Of a stretch of DNA of 64,000 nucleotides, positions 26,503 to 37,047 are shown piece after piece. The translations under genes were made by a program, and so were the position numbers. Origin of the DNA: Planctomycetota bacterium (lineage in GTDB: Bacteria; Planctomycetota; Phycisphaerae; Phycisphaerales; Phycisphaeraceae); NCBI GenBank assembly GCA_039180025.1, contig JBCDDZ010000002.1, positions 15,057 to 79,056 of the forward strand, read 5' to 3'. Under the pieces are notes generated by a model. The model made no database searches. It was not told the origin of the DNA and saw only the letters and a program-made list of their open reading frames with translations. Positions within the stretch are counted from its first letter, which is position 1. Each line of letters starts with the position of its first letter.

Positions 26503-28839
26503 CTACCAGAGCCCTCGCCGTTTACGGATCAACCACTCCACACCCAGCCAGCCCAGCAGCACCGCCATGACCACGCCGCGGTCCCAGAGATACCTTGGCG
26601 TACTCGGCATTAGCCGCGCCGCCCGCTGGATCGCCAGGACCTCGGCCAGCGCTCCCGGGTCGCCCGGGTCCAGCACCCGCCCGCCCGACCCCTCGGCCAA
26701 CGCCCGCATCAGGTCCGGGTCCGCCGCGGTTTGCAGCCGTTCGGTGTTCCCATCGTAAACACTGAATTTCGTTTCCCGCACGAAAAAACCCCGGTCCCGC
26801 GCGGCGGAATCGGCGTCGGCCGGTTCCGCCGTCTCGGGCCGACGCACTTCCAGCCGCACGTCATGCACCCCCTCCACCTGCGGGAGATACGTCCCCAGCC
26901 CTCGGCCCGGTTCCGACACCGAATCCGACAGCGGCACCTGCGTCACCCGACCGTCCGGGCCGGTCACCATCAGCCGCGTCGGCTGCGCCACGGCGTCGCC
27001 CCGCCGGTTCACGGTAAGCGTCAGTGTCCGTCCCCGCGCGACGCTGCGTCCGCTCAACGATAAAGACACCTCGTCCCCCGTGCCCGCTCCGTCGCCCAGC
27101 GCCAACCAGCGCACCGCATCCGACCAGAACGCCCCGTACACCCCCGCCAGCGACGGCCGCTGCGCCGACGCCAACTCCCACCGCCATAGCCCCTGCCCCA
27201 ACACCGCCATGACCCGCCCCCGTCCGTATGCCATCGCCACCACGCCGCCGCTCCCGGCACTCGAACGGTCCGCCGCATCCGACTCCGCCCGGCCCGCCGC
27301 GGCGGCCAGCACCCGCGTCCCCGGCTTCACCGCACGGTAGCGCTCGGCCCGCGTCAGCACCGGCAGGTCCGATCCCGCCGGGTCTGCCCCCGCCGCCCGA
27401 ATCAGCCCGGCAAACACCGCGTGGTCGCGCCCGGCGTCGGTCAGGCCCAGCCGCATATCCTGTTCGTACCCTTCATCCCAGACCACCGGCTCGATCGCCG
27501 ACCACGCCCGGCCCAGCGCCCGCCCCGCCGCCGAATCGCGCCCGTAGGCCCGCCCCCGCGCGAACACCACCCGCCCCCCCCGCTCCGATACGTACCGCGT
27601 CAGCGTCGCCCCCGCCTCGGCCGACAACACGTTCTAGAGCCGCCGGCCCAGCACCACCACGTCGTACCCCGCCCAGTCTTCCAGCCCCGCCGGCACCGCC
27701 GCGGCCCGTCCGTGTCGGGTGACGGTACGCGACGGCCGGTCGGCCGTGACCTGCGTAAGGTGCGTCACCTCCACCCGGTCGTCGCGCCGCAGCGACTGCG
27801 CTAAAAACTTCGTGTCCCAATACGGCTGGCCTTCGAGCACCAGCACACGCATCCGCCGCTCGACGACCTCGACAAATACGGTCCGCGTATTGTTGCTGAC
27901 CTCCGCTTCACCGGGCAGCGGATCGACCGACAACTCATAGGTGTACAGCCCCGCCGCCCCGTGCCGCACCGGCACCGTCACCCGCCGCGGCCCCCGATCG
28001 GGCAGCGTGACCGGCCGAGCCGTTTCCTCTCCCTCGTGGCGGATCCGAAGAACAGTTTCCGCCCCGCCGGCGTGGATCGGATCGAGACGCACTCCGATCT
28101 CGCCCGGCTCGTCGATCATCAAAAACGGCTGCCGCGGCGTCGCGCTCAGCGCCAGGTCGCGACGCGACGCCGCACGGCCCAGGGTCACCGTGTGCAGCTT
28201 GATCCCCCGCGCCTCGGCGAACGACGCCGCCCGCTGCGGGTCCGCCCGCTGGCTGTCTCGGCCGTCGCTGAGGACGACGACCACGCCGCCGTCCGGCACT
28301 TCCGCCGCCCCGCCGCCCTCCGCGGCGGGCATCGTGGTCAGCAGCCGGTAGGTGCTGTCCACCACGTAAGACTGCGACGAATCCGCGTTCTCGGGATCCG
28401 GGACGACGGCCCGCGGCCGACGATCAAAGCTGTAGACCCGCACGTCGTGGTGTTCACGCAGCGCCGCGAGCCGGTCGGCCGCCAGCCAGCGCTCCAACCC
28501 GAAAACATAGCGCGAAGCCTCCTCCCCCGACGCAAGCCCCCGGCCCATGTCGCGGGTTTGCATCGAGGCCGACGCATCAATTAATAGGTTCAGCGGAGCC
28601 CGCGTCGGCTCGGTTTCCGGAGCCGGCACCGTGCTGGGCCCCAGCAGCAGCCCGCCCACCGCCGCCACCGCCACCAGCCGCATCACCAGACTGACGCCCA
28701 CCACGACCCGCCCCGCGTTGCCGCCGGTGCCCCCGCGTCCCCGCCACGCCGACCACCCCGTCACCGCCGCCACCGCCAGGGTCACCGCCACGATTGCCGG
28801 GGGCCAGAAATAAGGCCGCAAGATCAGCTCGCCGTTCAT
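26503..28839 (-). pseudogene. vWA plus glutamine-amidotransferase-like membrane protein interrupted by an in-frame amber stop at 27636-27634
   Basis: Track ORFs 27634..28911 and 26503..27630 share one frame: ...YDVVVLGRRL-TAG-NVLSAEAGATLTRYVSERGG.... MIDAS-like LLIDASASM and VVVLSDGRD. Start ATG 28839 overlaps the upstream stop. Confidence 0.75.
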
Positions 28840-30923
28840 CGCCGCCACACCCCCAGGAGCCCGCGTTCCAGCCCTAACAATCCCAGCGCGCCCAGCAGCG
28901 CCCAGCCCCACAACGCCTCGCCTCCCCGCGATGCGTCCCGCCCCCGGCCGGCGGCGAACGCGACCCCTTCACGCGGTTCCAAGATCCGGGCCAGGGTTTC
29001 GGCCGCCGCGGCGGTCAGGTCGCTCTCCCGCGGATCGACCTCGACCGAAACCGACCCCATCGAAATCCCCCCGCGCCGCCAAACGTAAACCCCGGCGGTG
29101 TCCGCCCGCCGCACCGTCGCCGACGCCCGCCCCGCCTCAAAGCCCAACGCCACCCCGGACACCGGCTCACCCGAAGGGCTGTAAACCACCTCGGCTGCGG
29201 CCGCGACGTCAGCCTCGCCGATGGCGCTGCGGATCACCGCCGGGCCGCCGGCAAAGCTCGGCGCGGGCGTGGGCTCCCGGGCCGCAAGCTCTTCGGCCAA
29301 GCCCTGCATCAGCACGACGAACCCGCCGACTTTGCCCAGGTCCCCGGTCTCCGCCGCGGGCGAAAACGCCGCCGCAACCACTCGCCCCCGGCCGATGGCA
29401 TGGGCCGCCATTGCCGGCGACCCGCCGCGAAAACGCAGCAGCACCCGCGCCCCGGGCTTCACCGCCTCCACCCCCCACGCCCGCCGCAGCGATAATCCGG
29501 CGAGCGCTTCCCGGGCCGCCTCATCAAACGCCGCCAACTCGGGCGCACGCCAGCCCTCCGCGTCCAGCTTCACCGACGAAAGCCGCGACCCCAGTGTCCA
29601 CGGAAGCAGCGGCCCGCTCCGCACCGGATCCGCGCCCGCGAAGACCAACACACTGCCCCCCGCCTCCGCATAGGCCCGGACCGCCGCGGGCACCCCCGGC
29701 CCGGCCACACACACCAGCGCCGCGCCCCTTAGTGCCGCGTCGTCCACCCCGTCCGCCGCCAGATGGGTCACCCGGTAGCGGTCCCGCGCCCCCCCGTGCG
29801 GGGCCAGCGCCCGGGTCAGGTAGTAGCTCGCCGAGCCCGCCCGCCGTGAATCGCCGCCGCCCACCACGATGACCGGCTGCCGACGAACGGCTCGGACGAT
29901 TAGATCAACGTTGTTGTCATGCGCGAGGGCGTCGCCACGGCCCAGCGCGAAACGAAATCGCTGCGGGCCCGGTTCGGCCAACCGACGGGTGAAATCGACC
30001 TGTCGCCGTTCGCCCGGCTCTAACCGGACCCACCGGCTATCTGTTTGGCCGGCCGGACCGATCAGGTCCACCCGCTGCCGGGTCGGCGCTTTCCCGAAGT
30101 GAGCCACTTCCACGCCGAGCTGCACCGGCACCCCGACGCCGGGCCGCCCCGGCAGCGCTCGGGCCAGGCGTAACGCGGTGTTCTCCTCCGGCGGCCCGTC
30201 TCCCGGCCCACGCAGCGACAGCGTCGTCCCGTTCGGGAGGCCGAGCCCCGCGACGCCGGTCCAATTGGTTTGCTGCCCGTCGGTGACCACCACCACCTCC
30301 CGCCGGGCCCCCTCCGGGCCGCCGCGGAGCAGCTCGCCGGCCAGGCCCAGGGCCGCAGAAAAATCGGCACGGTGGTCCGTCGCGTCGATCCCGGAAAGCG
30401 CCTCACGCAGCATCGGGAGATTGGGGGTCAGCCGTCCGAACACCGCCGAGGGCGCGGCGTCGGCCAGGACCACCGCCGCCAGGTCCGCGCCGTCGTTGAG
30501 CCGAGCCAATTCGTCCCGCGCCAGCCGGCGGAGCCGATCCCACACCGGGGTACCTTCCGCGGTGAGTTGACGGGTCGAAGCGCTCCGGTCCAGCACCACC
30601 ACTACCACCACCGTCGCGGCTGCGCCGGTCCCGGCCGGCCTCGCCCCCACCCCCGGCGCGGCGGCCGGCACCCACACCGGGCGGGCAAACGCCAGCACCG
30701 CCAGCGCCACGGCTAAGCAGCGCAGCAGCAGCAACCCCCACCGCCGGAGCCGGGACGTCGCGGCCGGCCCCGCGGCCGCCGCCGTCACCAACGCGACCGA
30801 AGGAAACACCAGCCGCCGCCGCGCCCGGCGACGCAGCAGGTGCGCCGCGATCGGCAGCAGCAGCAGCCCGGCCCCGAAGAGCATGGCCGGCGTCGTCAGT
30901 CCCAGGGCGGCAAGAAATCGCAT
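28836..30923 (-). CDS. BatA-type N-terminal double-TM plus vWA-domain protein
   Basis: LLPIAAHLLRRR...FPSVAL...LLLRCLAVALAVLAFARP (BatA domain); VVLDRSAS MIDAS; C-terminal VDPRESDL and TM helix. Confidence 0.85.
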   Translation of the reverse strand: MRFLAALGLTTPAMLFGAGLLLLPIAAHLLRRRARRRLVFPSVALVTAAAAGPAATSRLRRWGLLLLRCLAVALAVLAFARPVWVPAAAPGVGARPAGTGAAATVVVVVVLDRSASTRQLTAEGTPVWDRLRRLARDELARLNDGADLAAVVLADAAPSAVFGRLTPNLPMLREALSGIDATDHRADFSAALGLAGELLRGGPEGARREVVVVTDGQQTNWTGVAGLGLPNGTTLSLRGPGDGPPEENTALRLARALPGRPGVGVPVQLGVEVAHFGKAPTRQRVDLIGPAGQTDSRWVRLEPGERRQVDFTRRLAEPGPQRFRFALGRGDALAHDNNVDLIVRAVRRQPVIVVGGGDSRRAGSASYYLTRALAPHGGARDRYRVTHLAADGVDDAALRGAALVCVAGPGVPAAVRAYAEAGGSVLVFAGADPVRSGPLLPWTLGSRLSSVKLDAEGWRAPELAAFDEAAREALAGLSLRRAWGVEAVKPGARVLLRFRGGSPAMAAHAIGRGRVVAAAFSPAAETGDLGKVGGFVVLMQGLAEELAAREPTPAPSFAGGPAVIRSAIGEADVAAAAEVVYSPSGEPVSGVALGFEAGRASATVRRADTAGVYVWRRGGISMGSVSVEVDPRESDLTAAAAETLARILEPREGVAFAAGRGRDASRGGEALWGWALLGALGLLGLERGLLGVWRR

Positions 30924-30960
30924 GGCGGGTGGTCGTTCGGGCCGATCGGCCGGGGCCGGG

Positions 30961-31920
30961 TTACCTCAGGCTCGCCCGTGTAAAGAGGTAGTCCCGCAGC
31001 ACCTCGGGGTACGGCGTCGCGGTGGAAACCACGCGGTGGTCGATCCCGCGTGCGCCAAACACACGACGCCAGCGGGTCAGGTGGGCTTCGATCCGACGCG
31101 CGTAGTTTTCACGCAGATCGTCCAGATCGGTCGTCAGCTCCCGTCCGGTTTCGCTGTCGACCAGGACGACGGAACCCAGATTCGGGAGCACGAGCTCGTC
31201 GGCATGAAGGGTTTGGAACACGATGACTTCGTGGCCGCGGTGCAAGAACCGGTCCAGCGCGGCAAGGACCGCGTCGGGGTCTTCGTCGGCGAGATCCGAG
31301 ATCACCACCAGGAGGCCCTTAAGCCGGGCCCGTGGGGCAAACGCGTGGAGCGCGGCGGGGAGCCGGGCCTGGCCGGCGGGACGGGTTTCTTCGAGTGTGT
31401 GGCCCAGGCGGTGCAGGTGCGGGTACGTCCCGAGCGCGGGCAGCGCGGTGTGGAGGCCGCCTTGTGCGAGGCCCAACGCGACCTTGTCCTGCTGCTGGAT
31501 TACGAGAAACGCGATCGCGGTCGCCAGGCGGCAGGCGTGGTCAAACTTCGACCCCGCCACGGTCGGCGGCGGGGTCTTGCGTGGCGACCGGCGGGGCGTG
31601 CGCCGGCGTTTCACCGGCTCGGGGCCGGCGTAGGCCATCGAGGCCGAGGCGTCGAGCAGCAGATGTACCGCCATGTCCGACTGGTGCTCGAATTGCTTGA
31701 GAAACATCCGGTCGGTACGCCCGTAGACTTTCCAGTCGACGTCGCCCAGCGGGTCCCCCGGGGTGTATGCGCGGTAGTCTCGGAACTCCACCGAATGGCC
31801 CCGCTGCGGCGAGGCGTGCTGCCCGGCGTAGTGCCCCGTCACCGCCCGGCGGGAAGCGAAAACCAGATGGCGCAGCGGCGCCAGGGCGGCGGGATCGAGA
31901 TAGGCGGTCGGCGGCTGCAA
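30961..31920 (-). CDS. DUF58 protein (operon 2)
   Basis: YLDPAALA, GQHASPQRGHSVEFRDYRAYTPGDPLGDVDWK, LLLDASASM. The TTG start is uncertain. Confidence 0.9.
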   Translation of the reverse strand: MQPPTAYLDPAALAPLRHLVFASRRAVTGHYAGQHASPQRGHSVEFRDYRAYTPGDPLGDVDWKVYGRTDRMFLKQFEHQSDMAVHLLLDASASMAYAGPEPVKRRRTPRRSPRKTPPPTVAGSKFDHACRLATAIAFLVIQQQDKVALGLAQGGLHTALPALGTYPHLHRLGHTLEETRPAGQARLPAALHAFAPRARLKGLLVVISDLADEDPDAVLAALDRFLHRGHEVIVFQTLHADELVLPNLGSVVLVDSETGRELTTDLDDLRENYARRIEAHLTRWRRVFGARGIDHRVVSTATPYPEVLRDYLFTRASLR

Positions 31921-32030
31921 AAGGTTCGGGTCGGTCGTGGTGGCGTGGTGGGTCGGAGGATCCGAAACGGTCGGCGTGAGGACGCGGGCGGAGATGCGGT
32001 CTTGCCGCGGTCAGGCCGCCCCGCGGGGGT

Positions 32031-33161
32031 TCAGGCATAGGTCGGCTCGGCGGTGTCTTCCAGGATCCGGGCGACGATGTCGTGCGCGGTGAGGCCCTCG
32101 CCGGCGGCGTGGAAATTCGGGAGCACGCGGTGACGCAAGACGTAGGGCGCTGCGCGGCGGACGTGGTCGGCGGTGACCGCGGGCTGGCCGTCCATCAGCG
32201 CGAACGCTTTGCCGGCGAGGACCATCTGCTGGCCGGCCCGCGGGCCGGCGCCCCACTCCACGTACTGCCGGGCGGTTTCCGTGGCGCCAGGGCCGGGGCG
32301 GGTGGCGCGGGCGAGCGACACGGCGTAGCGCACCACGTGCGGACTCGCGGGGAGCCGCCGCAGCAGCGACTGCATCGCCAGCATCAGCGGCGGCTCGAGG
32401 ACGCTGCCGGGCGCCACGGCCCCGGGTCCGTCCGCGGCGTGGCCGTTGGCCTTGGACACGCCCGCTTGGGTAGAGGGAAGTGCAGCGGCGGATTGAGGCG
32501 ACTGCGGGGGGGTGGTGGTGGCGTGGACGATCTGCTCTTCTTCGTCGGCCGAGGGATAGTCGAGGTGGAGGCTGAGCATAAAGCGGTCGAGCTGCGCCTC
32601 GGGCAGCGGGTACGTACCCTCTTGTTCGATCGGGTTCTGGGTGGCGACGACCACGAACGGGGCTTCGAGCGCGTGCCGCTGGCCCATCGAGGTGACCTGC
32701 CGCTCCTGCATGGCTTCGAGCAGCGCGGCCTGGGTTTTCGGCGGGGTGCGGTTGATCTCGTCGGCCAGGATCATGTGCGCGAAAATCGGGCCGGGCACGA
32801 AGGACAAGCGGCGTCGGCCGTCGGCTTCTTCCTGCAGCAGCTCCATGCCGATGATGTCGGCGGGCATCATGTCGGGGGTGAACTGGATCCGGTTGAAGTC
32901 CCAGCCCAGTGCCTCGGCCAGGGTCTTGACCAGGAGCGTCTTGGCGAGCCCGGGCACGCCGATGAGCAAAGTGTGGCCCTGCGCGAAAACCGCGGCGAGC
33001 AGCGCGCCGACGATGTCGTCCTGGCCGATAACGACTTGGCCGATCCGGGCACGCAGTTCCGCGGCGGCGTCGGCGGCGCGGGCGAGCAGCTGCACGTCGT
33101 CGTCTGGGAGCGCGGCGGGCTCGGCCGAGGCGGGGCGGTCCGGGGAAGAGGCTTGATTCAT
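32031..33161 (-). CDS. MoxR-family AAA+ ATPase (operon 2)
   Basis: [68 protein letters not shown]. Confidence 0.94.
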   Translation of the reverse strand: MNQASSPDRPASAEPAALPDDDVQLLARAADAAAELRARIGQVVIGQDDIVGALLAAVFAQGHTLLIGVPGLAKTLLVKTLAEALGWDFNRIQFTPDMMPADIIGMELLQEEADGRRRLSFVPGPIFAHMILADEINRTPPKTQAALLEAMQERQVTSMGQRHALEAPFVVVATQNPIEQEGTYPLPEAQLDRFMLSLHLDYPSADEEEQIVHATTTPPQSPQSAAALPSTQAGVSKANGHAADGPGAVAPGSVLEPPLMLAMQSLLRRLPASPHVVRYAVSLARATRPGPGATETARQYVEWGAGPRAGQQMVLAGKAFALMDGQPAVTADHVRRAAPYVLRHRVLPNFHAAGEGLTAHDIVARILEDTAEPTYA

Positions 33162-34405
33162 GGGGCGGGCTCGGGAAAAGCGGCGGGCGGGTCGTGCGGC
33201 AGTTGGCTGGGGTGGGTCCGGTCGAGCAGTTGGCGGAGGCCCGTACCGTCACCGACCCCGCCGTAGGTCAGCCCGCCGCCCGGGGCCAGGTGAACCGGGA
33301 GCCCGCCAACGAGGCCCGCGTCCCGGGCTTGGCCCCACGCTTCGGTGTTGCGGCGAAGTTCGGCGTCGATCGTCGGGTCGCGCAAGGCCGCGGCCAACGC
33401 GTCCGGCCCCACCAGCGACGACGCGAACCGCCGCCCGGCCTCGGCGGTACGCGGCCAGCTCTCGCCGTAGGCCCAGTCGTCGTACACCCGCAGCTTAGCC
33501 GGGTCGGCACGGTGCACCGCCAGCGCGTAGCGGGCCAGGTCGCAGCTCTCGGACATGGTGGGCGTAGGCAGGGACGTGAGGTACGCATTGCATCGCGGGT
33601 TCAGCGGCACGGGCACCAGGACCAGCGTGACTCCGGGGATCTCACGCGTTGCCAGATAGGCCCGGCGGCAATGCGGACAGTTGTAGTCGTAGAGCTTGAC
33701 GAGCACCCGCGAACCGTTCGGGTCGCCGAGGACCATCTCGCGTTCCAGGTCCAGGGTGAGCCGCCCGCCGAGCAGCGTCAGCACGCTTCCGGCGCGTTCC
33801 CCGCCGCCTTGGTCGACGACGAACACCGGGTCGGACGCCTCGAACTGCACCGCCGCCAGCCCCGCTACGCCCACGGCCCCCGCGACCACCCCGGGCATCA
33901 GGTGCTTGACCGCGGTGCCCGAGAACACCGTCAACGCCACGACCAGCCCCACCGCGTGCGTGGCGGTGCAGTACACACAAAGCGACCGGACTTCGGCGAG
34001 TTGCACGTAAGTGAACCACAGCCCAGCCCCCAGGACGGCGGCGGCGCTCGCGGCCTGAACCACGCCCCCGACCCGCCGCCTCCACAGCAGACTTACCAGC
34101 AACACGCCGTACACCCCCGCCGCGAGCACGCCGACCGGGACTCCCAGGACGGCGGACCACTTGCTCGTCAACACCGCGGCGCATCCGGTCTCGCCGCCGC
34201 AGCCCGCGGGTCGCCCGTCGCCCGCCAGCGACTCGGCCGTGAGATAACCGGTCATTAATAGCGCCAGCGTCCCCAGGACGGCCGCGACCCACCACCGGGC
34301 TCCCCGGCGGCACGTCGCGGGTCGGCGGGACGGAGCGCCCGGTGTCGGGGCGGGAGCTTCGGGGGACGGTGAGGTCGGCGTGGGGGGCAAGGAAGGGTTT
34401 CCCAT
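33158..34405 (-). CDS. Vitamin K epoxide reductase (VKOR)-thioredoxin/DsbA-like fusion
   Basis: CGGETGC loop cysteines, VLTSKWS..LGVPVG, CVYC in the TM region, then YDYNCPHC thioredoxin motif. TGA overlaps the MoxR ATG. Confidence 0.88.
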   Translation of the reverse strand: MGNPSLPPTPTSPSPEAPAPTPGAPSRRPATCRRGARWWVAAVLGTLALLMTGYLTAESLAGDGRPAGCGGETGCAAVLTSKWSAVLGVPVGVLAAGVYGVLLVSLLWRRRVGGVVQAASAAAVLGAGLWFTYVQLAEVRSLCVYCTATHAVGLVVALTVFSGTAVKHLMPGVVAGAVGVAGLAAVQFEASDPVFVVDQGGGERAGSVLTLLGGRLTLDLEREMVLGDPNGSRVLVKLYDYNCPHCRRAYLATREIPGVTLVLVPVPLNPRCNAYLTSLPTPTMSESCDLARYALAVHRADPAKLRVYDDWAYGESWPRTAEAGRRFASSLVGPDALAAALRDPTIDAELRRNTEAWGQARDAGLVGGLPVHLAPGGGLTYGGVGDGTGLRQLLDRTHPSQLPHDPPAAFPEPAP

Positions 34406-34597
34406 CGCGGGTGATTGGACGCGCTCGGCGGGCGGCTGCGTCCCGTTATACCGCTGACGTTGTCGAGCAGGAAAGCAAAAACCGCGCGAAGTGAATCCGG
34501 CGGGCAGGGGGCCGGCCGAGCCTCTAAACTAAACGACCTCGGACGTGGCGGCGTTCGCGCAGCGGGCGTTTTTTGCACCACTTTCCCGGAGTCGCAC

Positions 34598-35347
34598 ATG
34601 GCCGGTCACAGCAAATGGGCCAATATTAAACACCGCAAGGGGCGTCAGGACGCCAAGCGTTCCAAAGAGTGGTCCAAGTGCAGCCGGGCGATCATCGTGG
34701 CGGCCAAGAACGGCGGGGGCGACCCGGCGATGAACCTCGCGCTGCGCTACGCCATCGACGAAGCCAAGGCCGCGAACATGCCCAAGGATACGATCCAGAA
34801 AGCGGTCGATAAGGGGGCCGGCGGCGGCGAGGGTGCAAACTACGAGGAGCTGCGCTACGAGGGCTACGGCCCCGCGGGGGTCGCGGTCATGCTCGACCTG
34901 CTCACCGACAACCGTAACCGGACCGCTTCCGAAATCCGCCACCTCTTCGAGAAATACAACGGCAATCTCGGTGCCACCGGCTGCGTGGCCTACATGTTTG
35001 AGCAGAAGGGCGAGATCTACCTGGAGAAACCCCGGGCCACGGAGGAAACCCTCATGGAGATCGCCCTCGAGGCCGGGGCCGAGGACATCGAGGACCACGA
35101 CGAAGCGTGGCGGATCGTGACCGCGCCGGCCGACTACCGCCGGGTCCGCGACGCGCTGGAGGCGGCGGGCCTCGAACCCGACTCCGCCTCGCTGGCGATG
35201 GTCCCCGACAACACCGTCGACGTGGCGGGCGGCGACGTGCAGAAAGTACTCAACTTCACCGAAGCGATCGAAGACCACGACGACGTGCAGAAGCTCCACG
35301 CCAACTTCGAGATTTCGGACGAAGAAATGGCCAAGCTCGAAGCCTGA
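34598..35347 (+). CDS. yebC: YebC/PmpR-family protein
   Basis: MAGHSKWANIKHRKG, YEGYGPAGVAV, LTDNRNRT, DHDDVQ. Confidence 0.96.
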   Translation: MAGHSKWANIKHRKGRQDAKRSKEWSKCSRAIIVAAKNGGGDPAMNLALRYAIDEAKAANMPKDTIQKAVDKGAGGGEGANYEELRYEGYGPAGVAVMLDLLTDNRNRTASEIRHLFEKYNGNLGATGCVAYMFEQKGEIYLEKPRATEETLMEIALEAGAEDIEDHDEAWRIVTAPADYRRVRDALEAAGLEPDSASLAMVPDNTVDVAGGDVQKVLNFTEAIEDHDDVQKLHANFEISDEEMAKLEA

Positions 35348-35432
35348 CCGGCGGAGCGGAACCGGGCGCGTTGTCGGCCAACCGGTGGCGCGTCGGCGGC
35401 GTAAGGAGGCTCCGCTTGATCCGCCGCCAAAT

Positions 35433-36716
35433 TCAGCGTCGGCGGGGCGGGATAAGCGTATAGATCCGGCCGTCGAACGAACAGATATAGATCTCCCCGC
35501 GGCGGTCGAGGCCGAACGACGTCGGTGTCTTGACCCGGGCAAAATGCTGGTGTTCGCGCACACGCCCCGATTCCTGACGGAGCAGAAACACCTTGCCGGT
35601 GAGGTAGTCGGCGTAGATATACGCGCCTTCGAGCAGCGGGTTTTTTCGGCCGTGGTAAACAAACCCCCCGGTGATCGAGCCCGCGTCCCGGCGGAGCAGA
35701 TCGACGAGCGGCGACTGGAGTTCGACCGGCGGGTCGGGTCGCTCGTTGGGCTTGTAAGGGGCCCGGCCCTCGCGGATACGCCAGCCGTAGTTTCCGCCTT
35801 TACCGACCAGGTTGATTTCTTCGTGGGTTTCCTGGCCGACGTCGGCGACCCAGAGGTGGCCGAGCCCGCCGCGGTCGGTGCGGTCGAAGCTGAAGCGCCA
35901 CGGATTGCGTAGCCCGTAGGCATAGATCTCGGGCCGGGCCCCGGGGTGCCGGTCCGGGTCGGCGAACGGGTTGTCGGGCGGGATGGCGTAGGGCTGCGCG
36001 GGGTCTGCGGGATCGATATCGATCCGCAGGATCGCGCCCAGGAGGTTGGTCACGTTCTGGGCGTGGTTCTCGGGGTCGCCGGCCGCACCGCCGTCGCCCA
36101 GGCCGATGTAGAGCAGGTTGTCTTCGCCGAAAGCAAGTTGTCCGCCGTTGTGGTTCCCATAGGGCTGCGGGATCTCGAGCACTCTTTTTTCCGAGTTTGG
36201 GTCGATCACCGTGCGATCGGCGTCCGTGGTAAACCGCGCGACGACGCCCCGCCGGCCCTGGCTTCCGCGGTTCGGGCGTGCGGGGTTTTGGCCGGTGGAA
36301 TAGTGCAGGAAAAGCTCGCCGTTTTCGTGAAAGTCCGGGTGGAACGCCAGCCCCAGCAGCCCTTCCTCGTTTTCCTTGCGTCGCACCGTCAGGTCCAGGG
36401 CCAGGGTCACCTCCTCGCGCGTGACATCCCGCCGGTTGGGAAACGCGTAGATTTTGCCGGCCTGTTCCAAGACAAAAAGCCGATCGGTCCCGTCCGGCGG
36501 CGCGTAGAGGCCCACCGGCCGCTCGAAACGGAGATTCGGAAAAGCCGGGATGGGCTCGGCGACCCCGGCCACCTTCGACACCGGCTTCGCCGCAGAGGCG
36601 GATAGCGATACCCCCCCCAACACCATGACGACCAAACTTAAGAGGCCAAGCTGTTCAGAGCGGCCGCCCCGGATCGCGGCCACCGTACGACGTTTAAGCA
36701 TCGAGAGAAAATTCAC
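35433..36716 (-). CDS. Exported PQQ-dependent sugar (glucose/sorbosone) dehydrogenase-like beta-propeller
   Basis: Signal peptide; RLFVLEQAG, EEGLLGLAFHPDF, NHNGGQLAFG, LYIGLGDGG, YAYGLRNPWRFSFD, GGNYGW. Confidence 0.9.
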   Translation of the reverse strand: MNFLSMLKRRTVAAIRGGRSEQLGLLSLVVMVLGGVSLSASAAKPVSKVAGVAEPIPAFPNLRFERPVGLYAPPDGTDRLFVLEQAGKIYAFPNRRDVTREEVTLALDLTVRRKENEEGLLGLAFHPDFHENGELFLHYSTGQNPARPNRGSQGRRGVVARFTTDADRTVIDPNSEKRVLEIPQPYGNHNGGQLAFGEDNLLYIGLGDGGAAGDPENHAQNVTNLLGAILRIDIDPADPAQPYAIPPDNPFADPDRHPGARPEIYAYGLRNPWRFSFDRTDRGGLGHLWVADVGQETHEEINLVGKGGNYGWRIREGRAPYKPNERPDPPVELQSPLVDLLRRDAGSITGGFVYHGRKNPLLEGAYIYADYLTGKVFLLRQESGRVREHQHFARVKTPTSFGLDRRGEIYICSFDGRIYTLIPPRRR

Positions 36717-37047
36717 CGTCAGAGTTTAGGGGATGCCCGGGCTGTGCAGAGGCTTTCGGAGCGTCTCTTCCGGGTCCGGCGCGGAGTTATCCAATTTTCC
36801 CGCTAGGGTTTTTTCTTATCGTCTTACGAGGCCTCAACTTAAATGTTTTTCGCGGGGAACACATCCGGAGCCGTATGCCGCGGAAATGCATGTAACCCGC
36901 ACATCCCGCAGGGTTTGACTCATCCCCCCGGCCAGCCAAAAACCCACGCTTCAACCACCTAGACCGTAAAGACGGCCTCAGATCGGACCGAGAGTCAACG
37001 CTTGGGGGAGTTCCCGATTCCGTGTCTCAACCGAAAGAAGACGCTCT

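Noticed and set aside
27634-27636. Pyrrolysine or genome-wide amber reassignment
   Set aside because: TAG serves as a true stop in this window (26503-26505, directly followed by the next ATG; also purE). No pyl genes are visible and the protein is not a methylamine methyltransferase.
31541-32038. Frameshifted 5' extension of DUF58 from ATG 32038, which overlaps the MoxR stop
   Set aside because: The extension is low-complexity, and TTG 31920 already gives a normal DUF58 N-terminus (..YLDP). No slippery site was identified.
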